From: Welwitschia mirabilis
Lineage: Eukaryota
Reading direction: 5' to 3'
Assembly: GCA_051453625.1 (NCBI GenBank)
Contig: JBOZIK010000001.1
Coordinates: forward strand, 16,674,135-16,738,134
DNA: 64,000 nt
The translations under genes and the position numbers were made by a program. Of this stretch, positions 27,568 to 41,819 are shown piece by piece; position 1 is the first letter of the stretch, and each line of letters starts with the position of its first letter. Under the pieces are notes generated by a model, which worked only from the letters and a program-made list of their open reading frames with translations, was not told where the DNA came from and did not search any database.

Positions 27568-28563
27568 GAGAGCATAAGATTTTTAAATGATAAATTTTAT
27601 TTATGCTCCTTTTTTATTTCAACAAAAAGCTTACTTATATATACAAGCACATTATTATGATTTTCATGAATCTCTAAGAATCAGACCACGATATGTACAA
27701 GTCTTAGCACTTTCCCCCTTAACATGGAAATATGCTCTCTTTAAAGGAAAACCTAGAATTACTAGGAGAAAACCTTAAAAATGTGGCCTATAATAAAACC
27801 TCCAAAAAGGAGTTATCATGTGAGGAAACTACTTTTTAAAAGAAGTAGTTAATTTACTACTATACATCTTGTAGAAAATAGGCTTATTCTATGCATTTCA
27901 CATCCCATAATGTTAGGCTAAGATATGTACTACACATATTATAGTACTAGGCCATATTTGTACTATACCTCCTATAATACTAGGATTAGGTGTGACTTCA
28001 ATCAGAGACTCATATATCTAATGAAATCCATGATGTATAAAAAACAAATGAGTTTGACTTAACTCATTATCAATTCAATCTTGAATTAGATACATTGGAA
28101 CTTCTTTCAACCAAGTGATTTTGTAATGATATCGAGAGTTTGTTATGTGGTTATATAATATACTTGTATAATAACTTTATGCTATATAAGTTCCTTAATT
28201 TTATGGACCAACTCCTATGTATCATTTTCTACAAGAGCATAATATTCTTCTTTCATGGCTTAAACCCACTGATTGTATAGAATAATATCTTTCAAAAAAA
28301 ATTTAATTTACCATCAAAACTTAAATCAAGTGCATCACCATCATCATCATCAGTTATATGCAAGTTACTTTTAATTCTAGTTTTATCCTTTTCATCATCA
28401 TGAACATCTTGAAGAGTAGATTGTAACCAACTATGTTGATGTTGTCTTTGAGTAATATTAGCATCTTCAATTGGAGAACTAGCTAAATTATTATTATAAC
28501 CATGATTAAGCATGCTTAAAACATCAAATTACTCCATTACTATAGGTTTGAAAGAAGACGTAC
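27568..28563 (-). mobile_element. Ty1/copia fragment (gag C-terminus, protease, pre-integrase region)
   Basis: 27568-27710 is homologous to 34455-34595, which adjoins a clear copia integrase; I*VSD*SH, a decayed WxxDSGA, at about 27985-28020. Confidence 0.6.
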
Positions 28564-30020
28564 TATTATGATTTGAATTGGCCATATTTAACATCATGTT
28601 TGGAGTGTGTTTTTATGTTTTTTTATAGATTTAATGCTTATATTAATTACTTTAAATGATAAGTATCAAAGACAAAGAATTAATAATTATTTGGATCAAA
28701 GTGAAATAATTATAAAGCATTTGAGAAAGACATGTGGAAGAATACATGATACCAGAAGTCACTAATGAGATCAACAGTCATGGAAGATGAAAAGTCAAAA
28801 GTCAAGAAGAATGTTAATGATTATGAAAGATAAAAAGTAAAAGTTACTAAGAAGATCAACGATCATAAAATATGAAAATCCAAAAGTTATTAAAAAGATC
28901 AAAGGTCATGAAAGATGAAAACGTAATAGTCACCAAGAATATCAATGGTCATGGAAGATGAAAAACCAAAAGTCAGCAAGAATATCAATGGTCATGAAAG
29001 ATGAAAAGCCAAAATTCACCAAGAAGCTTAATGGTTATGAAAGATGAAAGGCCAAAATTCACCAAGAAAATCAACAATTATGCAATATGAAAATTAATAG
29101 TTACTAAAAAGATCAATAGTCATGAAAGACGAGAAGCCATAAGAAGATGAAAGACCAACGGTCATGGAAGATAAGAAGCCATTAGAAGATGAAAGACCAA
29201 CATTCATGGAAGAGAAGAAGCCATTAGAAGATGAAAGATCAATAGACATGAAGAATATAAAACAAACTTCACTAATTATGTAATTATTATTATGATCATC
29301 CTTAATCGGTTATGATGCTTAGGTGATCCTAAAAATCATTCAAAATATTATAAATGCCCCCTTAAATACCCTTTTTACTCATCTTTGTTGCATTAATTAT
29401 TCTTATGACATTTAAAGGATGATTGAATAAGGGATCCATTTATTAATTTCAAAAAAGGGCTTTTTTAGTATTGGGTTATGTCTCCTTTATTGAGAAGCTA
29501 TTACTTTATAACTATTATAAAGAAGGGCTTCACTTGATATTGGGATATGTCTCCTTTAAAAGCTGTTACTTTGTAACTAGATGTGGAAACATTATAACTT
29601 AATAAATTTCATTATGTTTCTTTTCAAATATTCTTCTAATATTCCTTATGATTTATGTCATTACATTGAAGTGATAAGCATTTGTAAGTTGATATAGATC
29701 AGAAGGGCCAACTTAGGTAACAATAAGTTAGTTTACTTATTAGAATTCACATTTATTTTGCATTGCATTCATATCTACATTCATTCATTGCACTGCATAT
29801 TAAACTTTAAAGTTATATTAGATATCATTTCAATCTTATTCCATTTTTATATAGTAACCTTCTTATTCCTCTTAGGATTTTCTCTCTAAAGTATGACAAA
29901 TGAATTGACTGTCATATACTAGTGCATTTTGTGTGAATATTACTTAATATTTATAGGTATAAAGATGAAAGACTTATTCAAAATAAGTACTAATTTAAGC
30001 ACATAATTCACACATCAATA
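28564..30020 (+). repeat. Athila-like 5' LTR containing a tandem array
   Basis: Start resembles the reverse complement of the LTR1 end; ends cacacatcaata; followed by PBS-like TAGTCTCATTACTAGGGA (30024-30041); 29690-30130 is homologous to 56480-56950. Confidence 0.65.
28750..29255. repeat. Tandem repeat, about 12 units of 43 bp then 42 bp
   Basis: atcaatggtc-like anchors at 28941, 28984, 29027, 29070 (period 43); catg anchors at 29121, 29163, 29205, 29247 (period 42). Confidence 0.9.
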
Positions 30021-33000
30021 AATTAGTCTCATTACTAGGGAGGAATTCAAGGAATCTTAAAAGGTTCAATTTCATTGCATAGGTAACTAATTTCGATTCA
30101 AGTTATCTACCTGTGCAGTGTGTGTATATATAATTTTTATTCTTAGATTGGTTTTCACTTTTATTTTATTATTTAGATTCAATTTCAATTTTTGTCAGTT
30201 TTTCTTTTGTCCCTTAAGTTTAGGTTACACATTTGCTTTTCTAGTTTAGCTTTTTTTTTCGATCTTTGCTTTTATTTCTTAATTTTAGTAAATTATCATT
30301 CCTATGTTAATGTTATTTTTTGTTTTCTTATTTTTGTTTGGATTTTAATTTATTTTTTGATTTTTCTTTTACCTTTTTAATTTCTATAATTTTTTAAATT
30401 TCTATGATTTTTTAATTTTTTAAATTTTTTTAAATTTCTATTAGTTTTCATTTGCACATTATGATTAGTTTTGTGCATGAACTCAAATATGATTATCTTA
30501 GGCCTACTCTTTGCACTTACTTCAATCCTTAGATTTATATTTATGTACTACTTCTGGGTTATTTGTAAGATTGATATTCATCTTATGCTTATCTTACTTG
30601 CTATTCTAATTCATTCTTATCATTACATTCTTCTTATTTATTTCTATGAATAATGATAAAATAAACCATAGGAAAATATTATCTAAAAAAGATAAATTCC
30701 AAAAATAATGATAAAATACTACTATGAAAAATATTTGTAGAAAGAAGGTGGTTAATAAAAAATGATGTTAAAACTAGGAATTGGTCCCTTTCTCTTTTCA
30801 ACCTCTCTTTTGTTTTCCTCTTATTTTCAGCCTTTATGTATGAATGAAAATGAGGATTTTCAAAATTTTAGAGATTTCACCCCTAAAGAAATAAGTTAAA
30901 CATGACCTAAATTAATCATTAAAGAAAATAAAATTATCAGATAAATACTGAGAGACATGAAGAAAGTAAAACATGAAGAGCAATCTAGTCCTAGCAACCT
31001 AATTTAAAATCTTACCAATACACTAGAAAATTAATAATTTTAAATCAACTACCTCATCGATCAATACCTAACTCTCTTTGTGAAATTTGTGAATACAATT
31101 CTTGTTACACTAAATATTATCCTACCTTACCAAGATGTAGAGAATTAACTTGTGCATACAACCAAAAATCCAATACCTTTAGAAATAATCAATAATTTCA
31201 ACCATAGAATATGGAATCATAATTAGACTTAAGTTTCTCTTTTAATAATATATATAGAAGTAATAACTTTCAATCCAATCATTTTTAACCTAATAATTTT
31301 CAGTCCCACAACTATGCTAAGGATGATTCACTTTGAGTTTCAATCGAGGAATTCAATGAAAACATTACAAACTTTATAAGAGTAATTTAACAAATAATTT
31401 TACAAAATAAACTATCTCAAGTCTATGTTACAATCCAACATAGTTCTAATGATGAGTATTTAGATGATTCATATCTAATAGAAGGTATCCAATCCAATGA
31501 TAGTAAGATTAGAACCCACTAATCAAACAACAAGATAAGGATGACTATTTATTAGATGATGATATTGAGATACTAGATTATATTCCTAATAGCCACTTAC
31601 TATTAGGAAATTTAAATGAAATAGAGGAATCAGTTCATGAAGAATCTGAAAATTTTTCAATCTATGATAAAAATGATAAGCACATTTCTCTTTATGATCT
31701 CTTTTATGAATCCAATAACTTAGAGAATAAGAATAATACTTAATAAAATAATAATTATTATAATGAAGAAAAGGAAGATATAGTTAAACATAATGATAAA
31801 GGAAGTGAAGAAATAATTCAAAAAAGCAATGATATAGACAACAATGGAAATAAGAAGAATAATTAAGGACCCATCAAGATTTAGGATAGAGTTATTTCTT
31901 TCAATGGTATAATTCAACTTGAAAAGTCTACCTGTGTTTATCCATCACTTTTGTTGTATTTCCATGTAAAACCATAAATAACATCCTTCCTTCTACTCCT
32001 ACTTCATGTTACCTTGTTATCTTAATAATGATAACATTTCTCAATCTCTTTCATTTGGACATTTATGTAATTCTAAAATCCACATCTCTTTTCTTGTTTT
32101 TAATGAAACCCATAATCTTGAAGAGTCTATTCTTAATATTTCTCAATCTTTTCCTCTTAAAACTCCATGTAATATCCAAAGTAACATTCTTTCCTTTCCT
32201 ACTAAGTCTACATTATTTTATGCCTTTAATTAAAACTCTTTTTAAAAGTATAACTTGGGATATCTTGAAATTTTAAATTTGGAAGAGCCTTACCTACTTG
32301 ATGAAAATCCATCTCTTGAGTTAAATGTCAATAAGTTTTTGAGTCTTATTAAACATTATAAGAAGCCTTCAAAAATTTCTTAGATTCATTCTTTAAGTAA
32401 TTAATTGAATGAATTATGTAATGATAATCATGCTTTACATCAATTTAATAAGAGATTATTCTTCAATGAAATTTATCATTCTTCATCTCTTATTTATACT
32501 ATGAACATTATGTTATCAAAGTGTTATCCTTTTATTTCCTTTTCAACCAATTAATTCTATTTAAAAATGATCATATCCCTTTTATGTTCTATTAATTGGT
32601 TTTCATATGGTTTAGTCCTTATTTTTTTGAAAAAGTACAAAATGATAACTATGTTAAATTATCTATCTTTTTGGAATAGAAATAAATTAAAAGTAAAGAA
32701 ATCACATTCTACTTGTAGTAATTGATTTAGTGGATTTTATTTTTCTAAAGAGATATTCACCACTTACCCTCATGTAAATATAATTTTTTAGATAGTTTTT
32801 CTCTTTCAGAATTTATTAAGTTGATTTTATTTCAGTTTTTCATCATACAGTATGTTTAAGAATTTTAGGCTTTTGTAAATTATGTATGATCAATTGGATT
32901 TATTCAATTGAAAGGAATTCAAATACCTATAAATCCTTATTCTAGGAGAAGAAAATTAGCTTAATTAAGTTACTCATGTTGTATGCTTTGTCTTTTCATC

Positions 33001-33440
33001 AACTTCACTTTGTAATGCTATAAGTTATTAGTACTTTAACACTGAATAAGTATCATGTCATATTTGTAAAAATGAAATAGAAAAAAGAAAGAAAAATAAA
33101 ATAATAAATAAAATATCAATGTATATGATGAAATCACTTTTGATAATCACTCCTAATCTATCTCAGGGATTATTACACTAAGGATAAAGTTTCTTAACAA
33201 CCTAGATTCTATCTGATGGGTCCTATCACTTGTGATAAAAGCAAGATTAGTCTTTCAAAAATGAGCACTTCATAATTTGAGGAATCTAAGATAAAAGAAA
33301 AAAAAACCTTGAAGTATATCATTATTATTACATTGTCAAGTGTTATTAATTTACAGCCATTTGTTTTAAGTTAATGCTTGAGATGATAGCTATGGTATGT
33401 TAATTTTAATTAGTACATTATCATTTTTCATTCATGCTCA
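30021..33440 (+). mobile_element. Second non-autonomous internal domain (homologue of 7615-10408), 3' truncated
   Basis: Shared blocks: atgttaaaactaggaattggtccc (about 30765) with about 9440-9465; LDDDIEILDYIP (about 31552) with LDDDIKILGYIP (about 8877-8912); ORF 32006-32233 with ORF 8238-8546. Confidence 0.75.
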
Positions 33441-33449
33441 ATTATTATA

Positions 33450-36200
33450 GGTTGTAAAGAAGACATACTAATGGAAGGAACTAGAATAGGACTAGTAGCT
33501 ACATCTCCCCCTTTAACCATAGGATATTGAGTATTTAAGATGGTTACTAGGTTAGAGGAAGTATAAGGCTTCAAAAAATCAAGTTGAAAATCATCATTAA
33601 AAGTCTTTGAAAAGATTACATTATGAGAAGAAATTATATTATGATGCTTTAGAAGATAAACATAATAATCCTTCTAGTCAGTTGGATATCCCAAAAAGAT
33701 GTTAATACAAGCATGTTCTCCAAATTTATCATGATGTTCATATGGAATATGAACATAGCATTTGCAACCAAATACACGAAAGTGATGAAAATTCAGCTTG
33801 TAATCATACCATGTCTCAGTTGGATATACTCCTTTTTTAGCATATCAACCAATATGATTATTAAGATGCATAGTGGTTTTCACTACTTCACCCTAAAGAT
33901 AGGTCTTATAGCCACTATAATACATCATGGAATGTGTCATATCCATGATAATGTGATTAAATCACTTAGTGATGTGCTTTTTTTGAGGTGTCCTGGGGTA
34001 GGTCTTTAAATGATGAATTCTTTCAAAAATGAAAAAGTCTTTAAACTTAGTAGAGGTATGTTTACTATCATTATCTGAGTGCAAACTCTTAATCTGATAA
34101 TCAGCTTGCTTTTTTACTATGATCTTAAACTTCTTGAAAATATTTAAGATATAAGATTTAAACTTGATAAAATATACCTAAGTCATTCCATAATAGTGAT
34201 TAATAAAAGATATAAAATAACAAAGGTCATGGAGAGTAGAAACTAACATATGTTCACATAGATCACTATGAATAAGTAGAAGCCTTTGATTGTCATGCCA
34301 CTTAGTTAGTGTAAATCATTGTTTAGTTGCTTTATCATTATACATGCTTGACACTAAGGAAAATCTTGTGAAACGGATGAAATAATCCAATAGTACTTCT
34401 CACATAATATATTCATCATGTAAGAAGTAGGATGTCTTAGAGCTCAAGAATGAAGAGCACAAGATTTAAAAATGATAAATTTTATTTCTCCTCTCTCTTT
34501 ATTTTAACAAAGAAATTATCTATATAGACAAGTACATCACTATGGTTTTCATGAATCCCTAGGTGTGGACCATCGTGTGTACAAGTCTCATCATGTCTAA
34601 TAACTTTATGTTTATTTTTAAATAATAAAATAGAAATTATGGTTAGTAATATAGGATTATCATGTAATAGATATATAGTTAGAACTACTGACATAGATAA
34701 GAATCAATTAGAATTATTTAAAATAACAATGTACATTCTAATTCCCATGTTATAAAAGAACATAAATATTTCTTTACATTATGAGAATCATACCCCATGG
34801 AATGTAACATGATACATGTTTACTTATCATGACTATACTAATAGAAACTATAAGAGAAACTAATATTTTACATTATAATATCATAAATATTATTCATATG
34901 AAAGTGAAAATCTTAGGTATGGATTTATCAACCTTTAATCATACTTAGATTTACTAGCTTACAAGTAGATATATTATCAAAATAGGATATACTTTATTAA
35001 TAGCAAAATATTAATCATCCATTACCTCCTTTTGGTAGAAATGCTTTCTTTAGGTAGTATACCCTTTATTAATTAAATCATCCTTCTTATACCCTTTATA
35101 TTCTTAGGGGTTTATCTCACCATTAAAAAACTCTTACTTTATAGGTGATAGCTTATTATATAAGGTGTCATAGCATTACATGGGTGAATAAATTATGGTA
35201 TGAAATGAAGAGAATAATTAAATATCAAGAAAAAACTATAAGATAATTTCATGGATCTTATACTTCAATTTAATTTTCTATGAATCCACATTTACCTTCT
35301 TCATGTTTGATTTATTAAATAGAATAATTCTCTATCCTGTTTGTTACTCTTATCTATTTCTTCATATGAATATATGTTATTATTATAGATATTTTGTCTA
35401 GTGATTTATCTCTATTATAATATGTAATTATATTTCTTTGATGTATTATCTATCTATTTTAGAAGATATTATATGATATAATATATGATGTCACTGATCT
35501 TTATTCTATGTTAATCTTCATTTAATGCCATCATTTTTTGCTATCTCCAACATATTTCACACAGGGACATTACTAATATTATATCTAAAGGTGTTAGATT
35601 AAGAAATTGTTATTTTTTTAATCTATCTAAAGAATTAATATAATTTTTAATAGTTATTATTAGAAGTATAAAATCTATAATTTCTGATTAGACCAATAAT
35701 TAGAGCACTGTAATATTCAAAAAATGCCTACTTTAATTAGATACATGGAATTATGTGGTTTTATGAAATAATGTATCTACTTAGCTTTGTTTGGTTTTTA
35801 TTTGTAATTAATCATATAATATACCACATGAATTTTTAAATTTTTATTTTTTGGTACATTTTACACTTTGATCTTTATATCTTCTTATCTTATCTTCATA
35901 TGATGATGATAATTATTTGCATGTCTTTTAACCAATATTTAGTAATCTAAGTGATTTTTATTCTTCGTACTTTGCTTGTATTAATAGAGGACTAGTAATA
36001 TACTAGTTGTAAGGTGTGTTAAAAAATAGAATTTATATATTTTAATCCTTTAATTATGATTATTTTATCATCTAAATAGTGATATTTATTATATTATATT
36101 TAAGGACCTAAATTACTTAAAAATAATTTTTTTTATTATTTTATAGTTTAATTTGGATGTTTTATTAAATGCCCCAAGGTAGAACCTATGGAAACCACAT
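33450..36200 (-). mobile_element. Ty1/copia remnant with integrase core; gag/protease upstream, upper boundary approximate
   Basis: LIHSDLCE (about 34255-34277); LHSDNDSKH (cf. LRSDNGGEY, about 34060-34085); YPRTPQKK..FNHIIMDMTHSMM..L*GEVVKTTMHL (33860-34000); IFLGYP (about 33684-33702). Confidence 0.85.
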
Positions 36201-36229
36201 CATATAATGGTAGGAATCATTATTATTAT

Positions 36230-39200
36230 GCCATAGTAATCTAATTCATTAGCATAATAATGCATTTGAGTTAAAAGTTAAACTTTTAAGATATAATTCA
36301 TGCCAATGTATGGATTGTAGTTATGTCTTAAACAAATTAAGAATATAATTTATCAAAATAAATATTGATTTTGGAAATACTATCAGCATTATGATTGATT
36401 ATGTAAATCCTAATTTTATGCATACTAGTTCACTTAAAGATTATTTATCTTCCGCTAAAAAATGAGTACTTCTAGATCCTTCTACTCTTGACTTTACATT
36501 ACTAAATCATATTTTTAAGGATATGTCCAATAATTTTACTTTACAATATGTTTTGATTCCTATGCATATTAAATGATTTCTTACAACTTCCAATTTTGAA
36601 GTTTTTCATGTGCGATGTTTTACTAGGGGCTTTATATTAGTGGAACTTGCTACTTTCAAAATGATTCGTAAAGCATTAGATATTTGCATTTTTTCCCTAT
36701 CTTAGAAACCTTGATAGTATGTAAATGGAAATTTTATTTTGATGTTATTCATCTAGCTTATGTTTTAATTTCACGCTATGTTGAACTTTTGAATCTTCCA
36801 CTTATTTTTCATTCTTTTAAATGTAAAATTATTGGTTTCATTAGTCTTATTCTTGATGAACAATTTTTTTTGCTTTGATGATATTTATAAAATATGTTAC
36901 TTTGTTGAGGTTACTCTAGTAGAGAATAAGCATACTTTATAACTTAGTGCTATGCATCTTATATTTACTCAAAAGATTAATTATTTTAATTTTTATAACT
37001 CATGTGTATGTTATATCATAACAGTTATTACATTTTTTATTATAGCTACCTTACATGTTACACTCATTGTGTTGCTTCTTTTATTAAGGAAAAGAAATCT
37101 ACATCAAATCCATCACCATAGATTATTTATTATTCTTCAAAAACTATGAAAAATTATGAGGTTACAAAATTTAAGAATCAATCTATTAAAGATATAACAA
37201 TGCATATTACCTATATCTATCATTTTATTTCTCAAATAAGGCTTTCTATTCTTCTAATAATTAATTACTTATAGTTTAAGAAGGATTATTTTATTTATAA
37301 GTTAAAAAAGATATAAACATATTAGGTCTTATACTATTTCTTCTTCTACAGCTCATCACTAGACTTTTTGGGAGTATGTTATTTCAAATCCAATTATTAA
37401 TGTTAAAGGTATGAATGTTAACAAAGATATTTTTGTTAATAGTAATGGGGTTCATTCTCACATATATTAACCTTAATGAATATTATATCTTGAAATGTTT
37501 AGGGATTTACTATTTAACTTTGATAGACATTCTCTAGGAACTATTCTCTAGGATTTTTATCCCTGCATATTTTTTTACCATTTGGGTTTTTTTTTCTTAT
37601 TAAAATTTACAAATTTATTTATCTAGTTTGCATTTTTTTGTTCATTCATTGGTATGTTTTTTATTATTTCTATCTATGCTACTAATCATATGCATCAATG
37701 AATTCAAATTTGGGGGCGTTTAACACATATATTTCCTTTTTTTTTTGGTTTTTTGAAAAATATTTTAATATGGTTGATTTATCTTATGATATGTTAAGTG
37801 GAGAGGACTTTGTCTTACATCCTCTTAAATTGAATGCTTGATTGCAATTTAAACATTAATTTTATCTTTTATATGCAATTTTGTACTTCTTTGAAATCAT
37901 GTGACATCAATTTACTTAGAGCAAGTTTCTTCAAACAACTCAATAAATCTATCAGAATTTAAATAATTTTATAACTTTACTCTTTCTTTTTAGGATTTAG
38001 ACTACTTCACTAAGCTTGTAAACATGATAGTTTTATCAGAACATTTTCCTATTTAAGCATACATGAAATTTGCTATTTCTTCTTCAATAGGTTATTACAC
38101 TTTACCTTTCTTAATATCTCTTGGTATAAGTGCAATATTGAGGGATAAATTATTTGTATTTTTTGAATCATATAGCCTAGATATTCTAGCCTAATTAAAT
38201 GGATTAATTGATAGTTTTATGTAGAGTTGAAAATTATGCTTTATTTTTAAAAAAACAAGTAGCTAGACAAGGAAAATCTTATTTTTCATTCTATGACCCA
38301 AACTTTCTGAGACTTGAATTATTAGTTTATTCATGATCTTGTTTATCCATCTCTTTATTCTAAACTTGTTAAAGCTTGTATGGCTCAATAAAAATGAAAA
38401 TTTTTAAGCAAAAATGTACTCCTATTAAAAGTATGCTCCTCTGATTATAGACTCAAGATGAAGATATTAAAGAATTTTTAAAATTTTTAAATTACTCTAA
38501 CTATGGAATTTAAATTACTTTGTCATAGGATTATGATCAAATTCTTCACAAGCATAATGAAATCCCTAATTTTTCAAAGGAGTATTTTCAAATACTATTT
38601 AAAGAAATACCAATTATTATAAATGATTTTTTATTTGTTGATTCATTTTGCTAGATTTAGAAATTATTCTTAAAGAGCTCAAAGATACCTTTTTAAATAT
38701 GGCTAATGATAAAGTTCTTAGCTTTAATGATTTTTCCTTATAATTTTTAAAGATAACTTGAATTTATTAGGTTATAAATATCTTAATGTTATAAGAAACA
38801 TCGTACTTCAAGGTTCACTTTGAAATCATATTAACAAAGAAATTATTTGTCTTCTATCTAATCTAGGAATTCTCTTCTAATTAGTAACTAATGATCCATC
38901 ACTTTATTAAATTTTAGTTTTGACATTTAGATAAATTTATTTTCTAATAGGCTTAAAAAAATTCTTTTAGATATTACCAAAAGCAATAAATGTGTTTAAC
39001 TCCTAGTAAATATATTATTTCAAATGTTTTGGTATCTTAGAAAGGACATTAATGGGAAATTAATTTTAATTAGGATGTGTCCTCCATTGGTCTTAATTAT
39101 ACTAAATAACAACATAAAATCAAATGGGATTTCATTCTAACTTAACTAAAACATTTATGTTTTGGATCTCACTTTCTTCATATGGTGCAATATTTCTTTA

Positions 39201-41290
39201 CCAATGCAAATGTTTGTATAGCTACTTCTCATGATGTTAGTTCTTCCTTTTTCCTTCATTAGTCCGTCAAATAAGGTTTTCCTTTGACTTCTTATATTTT
39301 TATCATTGCTATTAATTTTATTTATTAAGCTTTTCAACAAATAGTGATTTGTAAGAGAAATTTTATTAGAAGACAGGACACAATGATTATTAAATTTAAA
39401 TTTTTCTAATTATTTTTTTATGGGGTCAAATGATAAACACTCTCTTATAGAATTTTTACTTATATTTAATATTATTGCCATTTCTCAGAAAGTGAAATTT
39501 ATATGGCAAGTGATAATTACCAGTATCTTTTATATTAGTTCTAGTAAATTTTATAGGGAAAAGAAATTATAAAACATTTGGGTGTTCCTTCATCCTTTAA
39601 GAGTTTTTCCCATAAGCCATGGAATCAAAAATTGAAAATAATGCAAAAGAAAGGAAAAAAGTGGAGGACAAAATGTCCTTATTTCACATGTTAATATTTA
39701 TTTTTCAAACCTATTATTTCATCTACCCAATGTTTATTATTCTTCTTATTGGCTCCTTTGAAAATTACTTATTTTAAATTTAAAAATTTCTTCAAGTATC
39801 TATTTGAACATATGAATAAGATGAAAAAGTTTTTAGTAGAGTTTATTATAATATTACAACCTTGCCTAAAGAAAAGGATGATTTAAATATTATTAATTTA
39901 TATTCACAAGGAGTTAGTTTATCTACTATGTAGGTTCTTTAATGTTTCATTTATACTTCATGAGCTACTAAATGGATTCTTTAGATATTTGTTTTTGCTT
40001 CCTTAGTTTCTAAATTACTCTTTATTAGGCTTAAGAATTAATTTCCTAAGAACAATCACATATGAAAGAATATTCATCTAATTAATTAGTTTTTTAATTC
40101 ATTTCAAATTAGTATTTAAGGAATACATGTTTTTAAAAGTGTTTTTAATATTTCATAATGCTTTATTCTTTTGTTTTTTGAATACATATAAAACTCCCTA
40201 TAGCTTTTATTTCATATATTATTCCTTTGTGATTATCTTACTCTTTTTGTTTTAGTAATTAGAAAACCCAAACTAGCTGCGACATGGTTTAATAAAGAAT
40301 TAACATTTTTACAAAATTTATAGGTAGGAAATAACTAGATCAACTTGTTGAATTTTCAATATACATATAGGAATTACATTGGACTTCAAAAATCTTTAAT
40401 TGAACTTCAAAAATTTTTATTTCATGATATCAAATAATTTCTCTCTACATATAGAGGGCACATGGTGGTAGATCACACATTTGTTCTTTTTGATTTCTTA
40501 AGTAAAGCCTATACCTTTCTAAACGTATGTGCTATTTGTAATCATAGATGTAATATGAAACATGCATCCTCTCTTTGAATTTCTAATGTAAGAATAATTT
40601 AGAATCTTATAGCTTTTCCTAAGATTAAGAACTTTCTTTATAACCTAATGTTTTAAGATCTTTCTATTAGTAATTACCTACAACATTTGGGAGTATTAGA
40701 TCTACATTGTCTATTTTACAATCAAGAAGATGATTTTTTGCATGTTTTTATCTATTTTTCATTTACTAGAAATACATGGAATTTGATTTCTCTTATTCTT
40801 TCTTATGTTTCCTTGAATTTTGACATCATTATTTTAGGAATCAATTGGAATTGATATCAAGATCATTGTTTCTTATAAATATCATTAGGCCATGCATTCC
40901 TTGTTTTATATGAAACAGAGGATGTGATTTAAACCATATAAAACCAAATATCTTCACTTCTATTTTCTTGAATTTTCAGCTTGGATTTATAGGGAAAATC
41001 TATTTTTTTTAAACTACTATCTTTTTATATCCATAACCATGTAGTAAAGGAGAAATTATAAGTGGACTCTCTAATGCAATTACTCATGACTTAGTTTCCT
41101 CCAAATTATAGTTAGCCTAGTTATTTCTTGTTTTTTTTAATAGTTTTTTCCCTTCTATATTTATATAGTTTAGGTGCTTACTATTGTACATCTTGAGTTA
41201 TTAGATATTCGTTTTATTTAAATATTATAAAATTAATTAATTCTTATAATAGTAATAAAACATTTTCTTGGGGCTTAATTCCTCCCAGAA
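36230..41290 (+). mobile_element. L1-type LINE copy 1 (ORF1 and EN-RT ORF2), decayed
   Basis: EN start IINVKGMN (about 37395); MANDKVLSFNDF (cf. KAPGPDGF, about 38700); SITLLNFSFDI (cf. RPISLLN, about 38895); SVK*GFPLTSYIF (cf. VRQGCPLSPYLF, about 39263); 3' aataaaa...ttgggg (about 41255-41275); collinear with copy 2. Confidence 0.85.
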
Positions 41291-41819
41291 ATAAGTGTTT
41301 ATAGTAAGGTTTTGACCATATATGTTACATTCCTTAAGGAGAAATATTATTTTATAATGTTTATCCTTTGATGATGATAGGCCTACATCCTATGACTATA
41401 TAAGTTCATGTCCTCTTTATAGAGGAAACATCTTGATTTCATCCTAATTTTATTTAATAATTAAATTATCTTCTATTTATATGCTTAAAGCATTTTATGG
41501 TTACTCAAGTTCTTTTGGCTTAAGGATTACTCCTTTAATATATAAAGCTAATAATTCATTTATTTGACATGTTTAAATTAATATTCTAGTAATTAATAAT
41601 GTTAACCTATAATAGGAGTTTAATCTTTAATGGTTACTTCTAGCATTTATACTTTTTGTTATTATTAATATTTTTATACATGGATCTATGTCTAATTTCT
41701 TCTACATGGACCTATGTCTAATCTCTTTTATCATATTTATTTTATTTGAAAGAGCACATTTTTTCATATATTAATAAATTTATGTAGGTAAAATAAAGTA
41801 CAACCATTATATAATTATT

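Noticed and set aside
6158-27572. TSD for the whole LTR1-to-LTR3 block
   Set aside because: The flanks ccctc and gagag do not match, and LTR3 is too diverged to be the partner of LTR1.
28750-29255. CRISPR-like array
   Set aside because: Whole units are repeated with no unique spacers, there are no cas genes, and the context is eukaryotic.
30192-30653. Hydrophobic ORFs as membrane or env proteins
   Set aside because: They fall in the T-rich leader after the PBS; F/L/I richness follows from base composition.
33713-34009. 98-aa plus-strand ORF
   Set aside because: Antisense shadow of the copia integrase on the minus strand.
27568-36200. One copia element split by the 28564-33440 insertion
   Set aside because: Both pieces contain the same segment (27568-27710 and 34455-34595), so they are separate copies.
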